A stretch of 64,000 nucleotides of DNA, taken from positions 357,120,001 to 357,184,000 of the forward strand of contig OZ024742.1 in the NCBI GenBank assembly GCA_964016885.1, read 5' to 3'. Shown here in pieces: positions 36,497 through 49,184 of the stretch. The position numbers and the translations under genes are program-made. How positions within the stretch are numbered: the stretch's first letter is position 1; the number at the start of each line of letters is the position of its first letter. The notes beneath the pieces were generated by a model, which did not search any database, was not told the origin of the DNA, and saw only the letters and a list, made by a program, of their open reading frames with translations. Source of the DNA: Eledone cirrhosa (Eukaryota).

Positions 36497-36603
36497 TATT
36501 TATTAAAATAACAGATTAAAGTTAAACAAAGAATCGCTGCTTTCACTGTTAAGGGTGAAAGCAACAATTCTTTGCTTAAACTTTGATCTGTTATTTTAAT
36601 AAG
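36497..36603. repeat. About 50-bp-arm hairpin between microsatellites
   Basis: tattaaaataacagattaaagttaaacaaagaatcgctgctttcac / gtgaaagcaacaattctttgcttaaactttgatctgttattttaata. Confidence 0.8.
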
Positions 36604-36693
36604 TATTTGCTCTAGGGTTCTTATATATTTGATATATATTTATCCTTATCGAGCCCTCTTTGGATTTTAGCCTTCACATTATTATTATTACTA

Positions 36694-36740
<47 letters not shown>

Positions 36741-37901
36741 ATGTATATATATTAGTTAAGTGTGTAACAGCAGTTACAGGTAGTGCCCTGTTAGAAGCAC
36801 TTGATGCTGCTATGACATCCATTCCATTTGGGTTGTAGTCCAGTGTTATGACTGTAGTGTGTAGTGCAAATAGATTTTAATAAGTCGAAGTCATTGTTAC
36901 ATCATATGTACAAACTTTATTTGCATATTACAACTGTTTTGATATCGATCAGTTCAGGGTACAATCAAGGTGACAAGGCCTAATGCTTTTTCAACATCTC
37001 ATCAGATATGTGAGATTATATGGTCAAAGACACACTCACACATACACATATATATATATGCTATGAGTATCTGGATTAGGTACACTGTATCTTTGTGAGT
37101 TGTATGAAGTGACACAGTAGGTTTACCAGGAATGGCATCTGGCTGTAAATCATTACTTTCAAATATTACATCCAGTTCATGCAAGCCTGGAAAACTTGAC
37201 TCAAAAGCGATGATGATAATCATATATATATATACTTGTGATTGTATATGTATGTAAATTATTGAAAAGTACTATTTGTAAACCTTCTTCATATGTTTTC
37301 CCTGGAATATATTGAAATGAAGTTAAATATCATTCTAATAATAGATTTGGAGCTAAGATTTGTTTATACATTTTGGAAAGTAGTTAAATAGAAGCAAATA
37401 TCTCCAATGTCATGATGGAAGCCATCTTAATTGGACTAGCCTGGGCAGTATGGCTACTAATACATAGACTTAGTGATTATTAAGTCCCAAAACTTAATTA
37501 CAAAACATTTGAAAACATTTAAGAAAGCCTATCTATTAACCATTAATACAAAAATTGATTTAAATATGTTTCAGATAAGTTCTATTTTAGTAGCTATTGG
37601 CTATTCAGGAGCAACAAACTGATATTTCAATATTAAATATACCTGTAACATTAGACAGAATTTGATTCCCTTTGCTTTCTTTTTAAATTATTTGAAGATT
37701 ACCTTTATAATAATGTGAAATTTGGAAATGTGAGAGTCCCAAGTACAGGAAATAAATGTAATAACTTTTGATCACTATGGATAATAGAGAAAATTTGCTA
37801 ATTTGCCTTTAGTGATGGAAAAAGTGGACACTTTTTCCATCTTTAAGGGAAAATACCCAACGTTCTCAACTACTCTCTATAGTGATTGATTATTAATACT
37901 A

Positions 37902-39004
37902 TCAGTATGTAGGAAAGGTGTAGGTAGGAACTCCATTCTCTGCCCCAAATGCAAACAATGGGTACACAAGAGATGTAGCGGGATCTCAGGAAGCTTAATT
38001 AAGAATGTAGACTTCACATGTAGCAGCTGTGCTGGGACAGCAAGCAGCAAACAGCTACAGGAAACAAGTACCATCAATCTCTGGGAGGGCTCTGTAGAAA
38101 CAGTAGACAGCTTCTGCTACCTAGGAGACCGAATTAGCAGCGGAGGTGGGTGTTCAGAAAGAACTAGGGTAAGAACGGGATAGAAGAAGTTCAGGGAATT
38201 ACTGCCACTGCTAGCTGCAAAAGGCTTTCCCTCAATATGAAAGGCAGACTGTATGATGCGTGTATATATGAACAGCAATGTTACATGGTAGTGACACCTG
38301 GGCGCTGAAGGTGGAAGACTTACGTAGATTAGAAAGAAACGAAGCCTGCATGCTCAGATGGATGTGTAATAGTAATATACGCGAACGGCAAAGCATAAAT
38401 GAATTGAGAGAGAGACTGAGCATAAGAGGAATCAAATGCTGTGTGCAGGAGAGGCGGTTGCGTTGGTATGGACATGTGATGCGTATGAAGGATGACAGCT
38501 GCATAAAAAGGTGCAGAGCACTAGAAGTCAATGGAAACCACAGAGTGGGGAGACCCAAGAAGACCTGGGATGAGGTGATAAAAGCCGACCTTACCCAATT
38601 ACACCTCTCAAAGGCGATGACACACGGCCGTGACCTCTGGCGTCACGCAGTAATACAGAGTACCCGACCTCCCATGGGTACAAGCTGAAGCTGAAGCATA
38701 TAGACAATATGCCTCACACCCTCCCACTGCAAAGTGGTCGTGGACGTGCCACGGCAAAAAAGCACCCAGCCCACACTGTTAAGTGGACGTGTAGGCGCCA
38801 CGGAAAAAAGCACCCAGCACTCACTGTAAATGAGGTTGGTGTTAGGAAGGGCATCCAGCTGTAGAATCCAAGCGAAAATCAGTTCCTGTATGAGCAAGGC
38901 ATGGTCAGCCAACCAGACACTGTCCACAACAGGACAACCCGTCTAACCCATGCTAGCATGGAAGAACGGACGTAAAACGGTAATGATGATGATGATAATG
39001 ATGA
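37902..39004 (+). mobile_element. RTE LINE 3' fragment starting at the PHD-like finger
   Basis: SVCRKGVGRNSILCPKCKQWVHKRC.., ORF 38278-38688, 3' UTR and (GAT)n. Confidence 0.92.
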
Positions 39005-39689
39005 TTTTTGTATTTAGGAATCTCACATTTCCAAATATCAAGCATTCCCAGAACTTCGTAAGATTTAATATTGGAAAATGTTTAGTAAGAATGAATACTG
39101 CAAATAATTCTATCTAATGATCTAATGACTCTGACAATATATTGTCCAGAGGTGTAGATGGTAGATGTTAATTTGAAATCAAGGCTGAAAGATTTAACTT
39201 TTGATATGAAACCATGAGAAACAAGCCTAGTTTTGTAATATGAGAATCTCCATTTTGAAATATATGAAAACCTTCAATCAAAATTACTTTTAAAGAGAAG
39301 TTTATGAAATAATATTCCAAACATCTGTTTAAAATTGATAAGGAAATTATTTCATCAAATTCCTCCAAATGTTTAATTTTCAGAATTATTGAAACAATGA
39401 GGTAATCATTTCATTTTTTCATCATTTCATTTTACGTCCGCTTTTTCCCTGCTTGCAAGGGTGGGATGGGAACTGATTCTGGCTTGATTTCTACAGCTGG
39501 ACGCCCTTTCTAGCACCAACCTCATTTACAGTGAGTGCTGGGTGCTTTTTTGCCATGGCACCTCCACGACCACTTTGCAGTGGAATGATATGGACCCCAG
39601 TCCCTATCATATAATTTCTACAGCTGAGTAAACTGGAGTAATGTGATTGCTCTGGTAATATCATTGCAGTCTACTTTATTAAGACATAG

Positions 39690-39905
39690 AGCCTTCTTCT
39701 TTGCTCATTATTTCTGTGAGGGTCTTGGGGGCACATTCACTAAACACACCTTCCACTGGGTCCTGTCAGAAGCAGCCATCTTGAACTAAATCCTGCTGCA
39801 TCCCCAAGTGAGACCAACCAAGCTTATGGATGTTATTCTACCAACTTGCTCAGGATCTACCCCTGGGTCTCCTGCTGGTTCGCTTTGCTCATAAAATCTA
39901 TGCAC
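39690..39905 (-). mobile_element. 3' end of a second RTE-type LINE family (same as 49490-49712)
   Basis: Reverse-complement similarity: gagcaaa..ccagcaggagacccaggggtaga..agcttggttggtctcacttgggga..cccc.aagaccctc.. Confidence 0.65.
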
Positions 39906-39907
39906 CG

Positions 39908-41115
39908 GTTCTTTCCTGGCGTAAATTCTATCTAGTGATACTTTCCTAGCGTAATTTCTATCTAGTGATAGTTTCCTAGCATAAATTCTATCTAGTGATA
40001 CTTTCCCAGCGTAAATTCAATCCAGCGATTCTTTCCTAGCTTAAATTCTATCTAGTGATACTTTCCTAGCATACATCCTATCAAGTGATACTTTCCTACC
40101 ATAAATTCTATCTAGTGATACTTTCCTACCATAAATTCTATCTACTGATACTTTCCTAGCATAAATTCTATCCAGTGATACTTTCCCAGCGTAAATTCTA
40201 TCTAGTGATACGTTCCTAGCATTAATTCTATCCAGCGATTCATTCCTAGCTTAAATTCTAGCCAGTGATACTTTCCTAGCGTAAATTCCATCTAGTGATA
40301 CTTTCCTAGCGTAAATTCTATCCAGCGATTCTTTCCTAGCGTAAATTCTATCTAGTGATACTTTCCTAGCGTAATTCTATCTAGCGATACTTTCCTAGCG
40401 TAAATTCTATCTATTGATACTTTCCTAGCGTAAATTCTTTCCAGCGATTCTTTCCTAGCGTAAATTCTATCTAGTGATACTTTCCTAGCGTAAATTCTAT
40501 CTAGCGATACTTTCCTAGCGTAAATTCTATCTAGTGATACTTTCCTAGCGTAAATTCTATCTAGCGATACTTTCCTAGCGTAAATTCTATCTAGTGATAC
40601 TTTCCTAGCGTAAATTCTATCTAGCGATACTTTCCTAGCGTAAATTCTATCTAGCGATTCATTCCTAGCGTAAATTCTATCTAGCGATACCTTCCTAGCA
40701 TAAATTCTATCTAGTGATACTTTCCTAGCGTAAATTCTATCTAGCGATACTTTCCTAGCGTAAATTCTATCTAGCGATACATTCCTAGCGTAAATTCAAT
40801 CTAGCGATACTTTCCTAGCGTAAATTCTATCTAGCGATACTTTCCTAGCGTAAATTCTATCTAGCGATACTTTCCTAGCGTAAATTCTATCTAGCGATAC
40901 TTTCCTAGCGTAAATTCTATCTAGCGATACATTCCTAGCGTAAATTCTATCTAGCGATACTTTCCTAGCGTAAATTCTATCTAGCGATACTTTCCTAGCG
41001 TAAATTCTATCTAGCGATTCTTTCCTAGCGTAAATTCTATCTAGCGATACTTTCCTAGCGTAAATTCTATCTAGCTATTCTTTCCTAGCATAAATTCTAT
41101 CCAGTGATTCTTTCC
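39908..41115. repeat. 30-bp minisatellite, about 40 copies (TTTCCTAGCGTAAATTCTATCTAGCGATAC)
   Basis: Head-to-tail units without spacers; more diverged on the left, more homogeneous on the right. Confidence 0.97.
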
Positions 41116-41838
41116 AAGTGATTGAGCTATTAATAGTAATAATGACGACGTCAATAGTAATAACATGGCTTTGTAACTGATTATAGTGTTAGTAATAAGA
41201 AACAAAATGTTAATAATAGGGCTGCCAGTCAACACTTGGAAGCTTCTACTATTATTAACACTTAACATCCTGTAATGATTAGCAGAAATTATCTTTTAAA
41301 AATGAGCTAGTTAATTCAAAGATTCATTATAAAGAGATAGACTCAACCAGGTTTCATAATGTTTAGGACATGCAGCAGGTCAGAGCAGAACCCTAATGAT
41401 TCCATTAGGAGTTAAGGGCCTGTTTTCCTTTCCTAGTATCTTTCCTTTCCGAATACCATTGCGAATATTTGAAGGAAACTTAAGATTTAAATATTTGATA
41501 TCATGCAGTCATATATGATATTTATATTTACTTTTGAAGGATATTACTCTAATGGTGTTTCATGAGGTACAGGACATTACAAGTTACAAGCTAAGAAACA
41601 AGAACCAGTCTTGTGTACTGAAACGAATAGAAAATGGTATGCTTGGTGTTTGATGCTAAAGTAGAAATATAAAATATTTTATTTTATATAATGTACATTT
41701 GAAATATATTGATATTATTATATCAAACAAGAAAAGTATTAATTATAATTTCTCAGTACAGTGTATATATATATATATATATACAAGCAGGGAAAAGCGG
41801 ACATAAAATGATGATGATGATACATATATATATATATA

Positions 41839-44515
41839 TGCCGCGCCGAGCTGGTCCTCACCCTAAATTGTTTCTCCTTATCGGGTGAGTTTTACCAACA
41901 GGTCACGGGGGTAGCCATGGGCACAAGAATGGGCCCGAACTATGCCAACCTTTTTGTTGGCCATGTTGAGGCCCAAATCTTTGCCCAGTACACCGGCCTC
42001 ACGCCCGAACTGTACGGTCGTTACATTGACGACTGTATCGGAGCCACGACCCTCACCCGAGAACAGCTCGACTCCTTTCTCTCCTTCTTCTGCTCCTTCC
42101 ACCCCTCCCTCCACTTCACCACCTCTATCTCCACCACCCACATCCACTTCTGAGACATCTCCGTCGCCTTCGACCCCTCCCACCACTCCCTCGTCACCTC
42201 CGCCTTCTTCAAACCCACCGACTCCCACTCTTACCTCGACTTCACCTATTCCCACCCCACCCACACTAAACACTCCATTCCCTACTCCCAACTTCTCAGG
42301 ATCCGCCGCCTCTGTAGCCGTGATGCTGACTTCGAGGCCCAGGCCCTTTCCCTAGTCAGCCATTTCATCCGCAGAGGTTACCCTCCCTCTCTCACCCGCG
42401 CCCGTGCTATCCCCCGCTCCACCACCGTCACCCCATGCCACCGCACACCCACCCACCGGCTCCCCTTCCCTATCACCTACCACCCCTCCACCTTACTACT
42501 CCACCGCACCATCCGCCGCCTCTTCCGACGCCTCCAGTCCGACCCCTCCACCTCCCACATCTTCCCAACCCCACCACTCCCCTCCTTCAAACGCGCACGC
42601 AATCTCCGCACCCTCCTCGTCCACAGCTCCCTACCCCCCAACCATAGGCTCTGTTTTCCCCCCGGTTCTTTCCCTGTTCTAGGCCCCGCTGCAACACCTG
42701 TCCCCACATCACCAACACCACCACCTTCCAGGGTCCCAACGGCCACTCTGTCTCTGTCCGGCATGCCTTCCGCTGCACCTCCTCCAACCTAGTCTACGGA
42801 CTTCGCTCGGACAGGCGGGACGTCGCCTGGCGGACCGAGTCACGGAGCACCTCCGGGATATTCGTCTCGGGGGCAGTTCCCCCATCGCCCGCCACTTTGG
42901 TGGCCCTGGACACTCCGCACGCCATCTCACAGTCTGTGGCCTACTCCAGTGCCACGGAACACCCGCCCATCGCCTTACGGTCGAACAACGCACTATCTTC
43001 ATCTTACAGACCCACACTCCCCCCGGCCTGAACTCCCCACCCTTATTCCTTTAGCGTTCGACCGCCCCCCTCCCCCCACACTTATCCCCCACTAACACCA
43101 CTAACACACCCCTCCTTTTCACCGCCCACCCCACACTAACAATACTAACACCTCCACTCCACCCCTCATCTGACCACCCTTCCCCAACTAACATACTAAC
43201 ATCCCTTCCCTCCACTCTTCTCCTCCTCCCCCCTCCTTATCACACGCACACGCGCACCCACTTACACCACCCACCCGACACGCAACTAACATCACTAACA
43301 CCCCCCAACCCCACGCACCCGTACCCACACACCCTCGTACACCACCAACTCTACACACCCTACCACCACTAACTCCCACTCACACCTGCATTCAACCACT
43401 CCCCACCTCCCATATACTAACACCCACTAACACCTCTTCACCAAACTACACACACACCAGTACACCACACTCCCTTCATAGAACCACACACACCCTTCTC
43501 TCCCCACTCCACCCACCCCCCGCTCCACACTCACTCATCCCACTAACACCCCTACTAATACACACACACACACACACCCTCCTCACTCCAACTTTCACAC
43601 CTACCCATCCTCGCCCTCTTACCATGCCACCGACTGCTGCTATGCCCTTCTGACCACCTCCCAGCACCAACAGACCACAGCACTCCCACTTATGACCACT
43701 TCCTGTTGCGCGCGCACCCCACATCTCTTCTCTTCCGACCACCGCTTCATGGATTACCCACACGCAGAATTTGACTTAAACAATCCTTCCAACATCCTTG
43801 GAACTTACCAACTTTTCAACCATCCTCTTACGTCATCACCTATATAACTCACCCACACACACACCCCCAAAAAAAATTTTTCTCCACACGCCACTCACAC
43901 CCAAAACACGCTTAAACCCCACACACACGTGCTTCCCACCACATATTTACACCCTCAGCCTCCTGATTCCTCTCCCCCCACCCCCTATACACACACGCAT
44001 AGACACTGTGACCCACACGAACACCCCCCCACACACCTCTTCCTGAACATGCAACCCCGTTCTTCCCCCAACCCTTACTTTCACATACACACACACACAC
44101 CTACACCACCTTCAGCCTTCCCCGCTCGGACACCCCGTCTCCCTCTCCCCACTTCACCCGCCACCACCCCTACTCACCCCACACCCTTCCACCACCTGTT
44201 TACCCCCCCTTTTAATTTCAGTTTATTTTGATCATGTCTTTATTTTTAAATTTTCTCATTCCTTGTATTTTGATCATGCTTTATTTTTATTTTTTATCTT
44301 TATTTGTTAATTTTTCATTCGCACCGTTTCCTTTCGCTATATGTCTCTCCACCACTCCCCTACACACCTTTTGAACTCTGTTCCCACACACTTCTCACCT
44401 GAGGAAGGGCTTATGCCCGAAACGTCGTCCCCCACCTACCCCCCACTCTCCTGAGCGTGAAATTAATAAACATTTATTGTACTGCCTCTCTGTTTTGTCC
44501 CTGTTCATATTTTTC

Positions 44516-44518
<3 letters not shown>
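41839..44518 (+). mobile_element. Penelope-like element 1 (5'-truncated, decayed RT and GIY-YIG remnant, long C/A-rich 3' region)
   Basis: GVAMGTRMGPNYANLF, YGRYIDD, FKPTDSHSYL, SIPYSQLLRIRRLCS, GRRLADRVTEH..PIARHF; stops and frameshifts; HHR core and AATAAA near the 3' end; (TA)n on both sides. Confidence 0.92.
44399..44429 (+). ncRNA. Hammerhead core in the PLE-1 3' end (stem I not evident)
   Basis: CTGAGGA-A-GGGC(TTAT)GCCC-GAAAC-GTCGTC. Confidence 0.65.
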
Positions 44519-44567
<49 letters not shown>

Positions 44568-45217
44568 TGTTATACTTTGGGAGGGTCATGTTGCCAATAA
44601 GAAACACACGCACCAGTTGCTTTCACTTCAATTTATTATAATAAATTTATAAATTGAGGAATTTATAAATTTCCGGTTGGTTGGTTGGTTTCACAACCGG
44701 ATGGTTGTTTATATATTGTCAAAGTTCTTTTGTCTATTGACGTGGATTCTGCTGTGGAGAAATGCGTAGAAATGTGAGAGCAATGTTGAGTTCCGTGGGG
44801 TTGATACCAGTGAGCTGGGACTCCTACTTCAACTTATCTATAGTAATAATTATCTAGACACATATGACCTTAGCAACATGTGCCCTACAAGACCAGCAAG
44901 AGGCAGACCACCTACCATTAGCTCAATGGCTAAGAAAACCCACACAGATAGATGGAACGGGTGGACCAGAGCCATACGGACACCCGAAAACCACGATGAA
45001 CTAAAGAAAATGATTGCACATGCGGTGGGGGGCCAGCATAAAATTAAACCTTAAGGAACATATGTTCAAATTTAATGGAAAAACATATGCCCAAGAGGAA
45101 CGAGCAGCCATTGGTGTTAGCATTGCAGGCGACATAGCTAACTTATTCATGGTATGGTAGGTCAGTAGACTTAAACTTAAACTTAAAGAACAATTAGAAG
45201 ACCCCTTAACCCTGATA

Positions 45218-45946
45218 ATGTACTCCCGCTACGTTGATGATATAAACATCGTAGTTAAAACGCCCCCACTAGAGAACAGTCAGGAACTAGAGAAAAACAC
45301 AATGGAGAGCATCCAGCAAATAGCTAACTCCATCCACCAGAGTATTAGAGTTACTATAGACTACCCAAGTAAACACCCCAACCATCGATTACCTGTACTA
45401 GACACAGAACTCTGGTTAGATACCATTAGTAACAAAAAACAAATCCTCCATTCCCATTATGCCAAACCCATGACTTCCAAATATCTGATCCACCGAAATT
45501 CAGCGGTTTCGGACCATACCAAAATCAACATACTGATTGCGGATTTGGTACGGGTGATGAGAAACGTGTCCCGCATGTGCAACCCCGAAGATCTAGAGAG
45601 ACACATGCAACACTTCATCCACCGTATGCAATTCTCTGGTTACAATCAGAGAGATAAAATCAGAGTGTATAGAGGAGCCAGAACCAAATGGGAAAAAATG
45701 GTAAATAATGACACAAATGTGACCTGCCCCTTGTATAGGAGCAAATTTTGGAATAGAATAGAAAGAACTAGGAATAAGGCTAATAGAATAAACTCATGGT
45801 ATGATAGCAATAAATACCAGAGTGTAATGTTCATCGATACAACCCATAGAGGTGAATTAGCTTACAAATTTAGAAGGGCCCAAGATAAACATAAACTCAA
45901 TATTAAGATAGTAGAAAGACCAGGTACCTCCGTAAAAACACATTAG
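45218..45946 (+). pseudogene. Largest open segment of the PLE-2 reverse transcriptase
   Basis: 242-aa ORF beginning at the YVDD motif; upstream and downstream parts are broken by stops and frameshifts. Confidence 0.85.
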
Positions 45947-46559
45947 CAAGACATACCCTTTTCAAAGACCCCCCTGTATAGATAAGAAATGTATAACCTG
46001 TAAATTAAGCCCCCATATTAACTGTAAAACTAGAAATTTAGTATATAGCATAAGATGTACTGAAGGACAATGTAGAGACAAAAATATAGTGTACATAGGT
46101 GAGACAGCTCGTAGTGTAGGGGAACGGATAAATGAACACTGGCGAGATCTTCAAGATAGTAAAGAATAATCTGTACTCTACCAACATGCTAAAGTAGAAC
46201 ATAAGGGTAAATTAGAGAACATAGAAATAAAAATAGAATCTACACACAGAAAAGACGCAATGTTTAGACAAATCACAGAGGCAAGAAACATAAAAGAATT
46301 ACAACCAAAATTAAATAGAAAACATGAGTGGAACAGCAACATCACAACTTACAATTAAGGACAAAATGAAAACACACACGCACATAGAACAAACAACCAA
46401 CCTGTAACATGTAAATAAACAAATAAATAAACGAATATAAACACACACAGACACCCGGATGTGGCGCATGCGCAGACTGAGCACACAGCACACACACAGA
46501 AAGAAAATGGCGTAGGACAGAAAAAAGGAGAGGCACAAAAACAAAGAAAAGAATCCTCA

Positions 46560-46602
46560 GTCACTGAAGAGGTCACCGAATGTGTGACGAAAGAACTTTG
46601 AC
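46560..46602 (+). ncRNA. Minimal type-I hammerhead in the PLE-2 3' repeat
   Basis: GTCA-CTGAAGA-G-GTCAC(CGAATGT)GTGAC-GAAA-GAAC-TT-TGAC; stem I GTCA/TGAC. Confidence 0.8.
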
Positions 46603-46808
46603 AATATATAAACAACCATCCGGTTGTGGAACCAACCAACCGGAAATTTATAAATTCCTCAATTTATAAATTTATTATAATAAATTGAAGTGAAATCAAC
46701 TGGTGTGTGTGTTTCTAATTGGCAACATGACCCTCCCAAAGTATAACAATATCGGTTTCAACACACGTTTTTCAGATAAAAAAATCTTGCTAAACAAATT
46801 CAGAAACG

Positions 46809-46898
<90 letters not shown>

Positions 46899-47465
46899 CA
46901 TTGCTTGATACTACTTCCAACCCAGCTGCACATGTCAATCCTCTACATGAAAGTTGTTATGAATATTATTATTTGGCAGAATCCAACAACTACATTCTAT
47001 GGTTTTCACTAAACACCATTCACCTGAACACAAATACTATGGAATTTGTATAGGTCATTTGTATCGATTCCATACTTCTGCAGAATCTTCCACAATAAGC
47101 CCCAGAGGTAGACTACCAGCAAGATGCTTCAATAACATTCACAAGCTTCATTGGTATCACGTGGGGATCCAGTCAGATCAATTGGAGACATTTTCCTCTG
47201 ACAGGACCCATGGAGGGCATGATGTAGGACTCTGCCTCAATGAACCTTCCATGAATAATTGGGTGAAGAAAAGAAGTGGAAGAAGCTTTATACTTTGTAA
47301 AATAGGATATATATTATGTATATACTATATATATATGCAGGACAAAAAACAAAACCTGACAAATGGCGGAAGAACTCATAAGAGTCAACGGCTATCCAAA
47401 AATGCGTAAATATGTATATACACATGTACATATGTATGTATATGTGTATGCATGTGTATATGCCT

Positions 47466-48215
47466 GGGGTTTCAGGGAGGGGCATGTACCTCTGTAGGGG
47501 GGGCCAGCCATACCATTTTCGGGACAGCTAGTCCTGCATTGGGTCCCACCTGACACTCAGCTCTCACCTGTGGCCCCAAGAAGCTGTAGCATGCGACAGC
47601 GGCCACCCCACCCCTGTAAACTGCCTTGGTTGGTGGGCCGAACCACGTTGAGGGAAGCCGGATGGGTCTGAAACCCCCCGGTGAGTTAGATAGGGGATGC
47701 CTGCCCCTGTAGACGAAGACTGGACCCGGCAGAGTGAGTGGAGGAGGACAAATCGTCCCAATGGTCACGAAGATGGCGACAGCAAGCGGTGTGGAGCGCT
47801 AGGGCACGGCAAGGCATTACAGATGTCTTGGCCATCCACTGCAGCCAAGGAAGTCCCTGGTTGTGACGGTCCTCCATACCACCAGATTCTGGCTTCTGAC
47901 AGTCCCACTCACTCGGCCGAGTAAGTGGGACCATCACTGTGCACTGGCCCTCCCAATATAAACCTTTCCCGCACAGGTTTCTTCTTTAGCGTGCACTCCC
48001 AAAGCCATGCAGCGATGGGCAAGAGGCGGAGGTAACAGGTGGTGGTAACCTGTGGCCGTTGCCAGTCTGACTCTGGTCTCTTACCTTGCCCCCACTGTCC
48101 CCGGACCTGCAAGTCAAGGATAGGCCTCCACAACCACCTTCATGCACACAGCAAACGGGAACAACAATAAAGAAGATGTCATCATCATTTACGATGGACA
48201 TCGAAGAGATAGATA
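47466..48215 (+). mobile_element. Non-autonomous RTE derivative: GC-rich 5' UTR fused to the extreme 3' end
   Basis: The 3' part encodes PCPHCPRTCKSRIGLHNHLHAH* (RTE C-terminal C2H2 finger), then gtcatcatcatttacgatggac and (AGAT)n. No RT lies between. The 5' part folds HDV-like. Confidence 0.75.
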
Positions 48216-48364
48216 CTATTCCCACCTAACAGAGTGAACTGCATGTTTGTGACACTAACACTGTACAGTGTAGATAGGTGTATTTCATCATATCACTACT
48301 ACTTCAACATAAGAGAAAATCAACATTTTCAGTGATTATCCATCGACTCTTTATGTGTGACAAT

Positions 48365-48730
48365 ATCATCATCATCATGATCATCACCTCCACCACCATT
48401 TAACGTCCATTTTCTAACTAGCATGGGTTGAACGGGTTGTCCTATTGTGAGACAAGCCAATCGGATGACCATGACCATTGCTCATACAGAACTAATTTTG
48501 CTTGGATTCTTCAGCTGGATACCGTTAATGCCAAATACATTTACAGTGTGTGCTGGATGGTTTTTGTTGTGACACCTACAGGACCACTTTACAGTGTGGA
48601 CTGGGTGCTTTCGTTAGTGACATCTACACAACCACTTTACAGCGTGGACTGGGTGCTTTGTGTCATGCCACCTACATGACCACTTTACAGTGTGGACTGG
48701 GTGCTTTTTGTTGTGACACCTACACCACCG
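48365..48730 (-). mobile_element. RTE 3' UTR with internal ~36-bp tandem modules
   Basis: accactttacagtgtggactgggtgcttt repeated; tail at the left end. Confidence 0.75.
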
Positions 48731-49184
48731 GTTCACTGTATATTTTTAATATCTATGTATGTCGGTATACTTACATATGTTGTTAGGCTTGCTTTGAAAT
48801 TATAATTGTTGATCTATTTGCTGGCCACTTGCCTGCTGGCAATGTTCAGAGAATGAAAGCAGTTTAAGTTGAAGGAAATGAGAAAGAAGGAAAAAATAGA
48901 TATATGAAGGAAAAGATCTAAGTATTTTCAATATCCTTTCTGTGAGTTGTTGTGATCCTAGGTCATATTAGATTGATTATATGATTCAACACCACCTCCA
49001 CCACCACCAACCCGGTCATGCTAACTTCAATATATAGAGACATAGGGGAACTCTTCTTCAGCCATGAGATATAGTGACTAAACAAGTTTATTTGGCAGAA
49101 TCTCTGGACTAATAGGCAAAAGACGAAGTGTGTTTTTGTCAAGTATTTACCAAAGATATTTTGCTAATGACTGGACACTCACAC

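Larger units (their letters stand above)
44566..46751 (+). mobile_element. Penelope-like element 2 (RT plus GIY-YIG, decayed) with an inverted copy of its 3' end at the 5' terminus
   Basis: AAIGVSIAGDIANLFM, YSRYVDD, LPVLD, HYAKPM; NCKTRNLVYSIRC..VYIGETARSVGERINEH at about 46020-46140. 44566-44730 is the reverse complement of about 46590-46750. Confidence 0.92.

Noticed and set aside
39908-41115. 30-bp array as a CRISPR array or as a coding repeat (minus frame reads VSLDRIYARK)
   Set aside because: There are no spacers and no cas genes, and the context is eukaryotic. The minus frame has stops (about 40041 and 40251) and a 1-nt deletion (about 40373).
41878-44231. Overlapping Gly/Val-rich or Pro/Thr-rich ORFs
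   Set aside because: They are shadow frames of the C-rich PLE-1 sequence.
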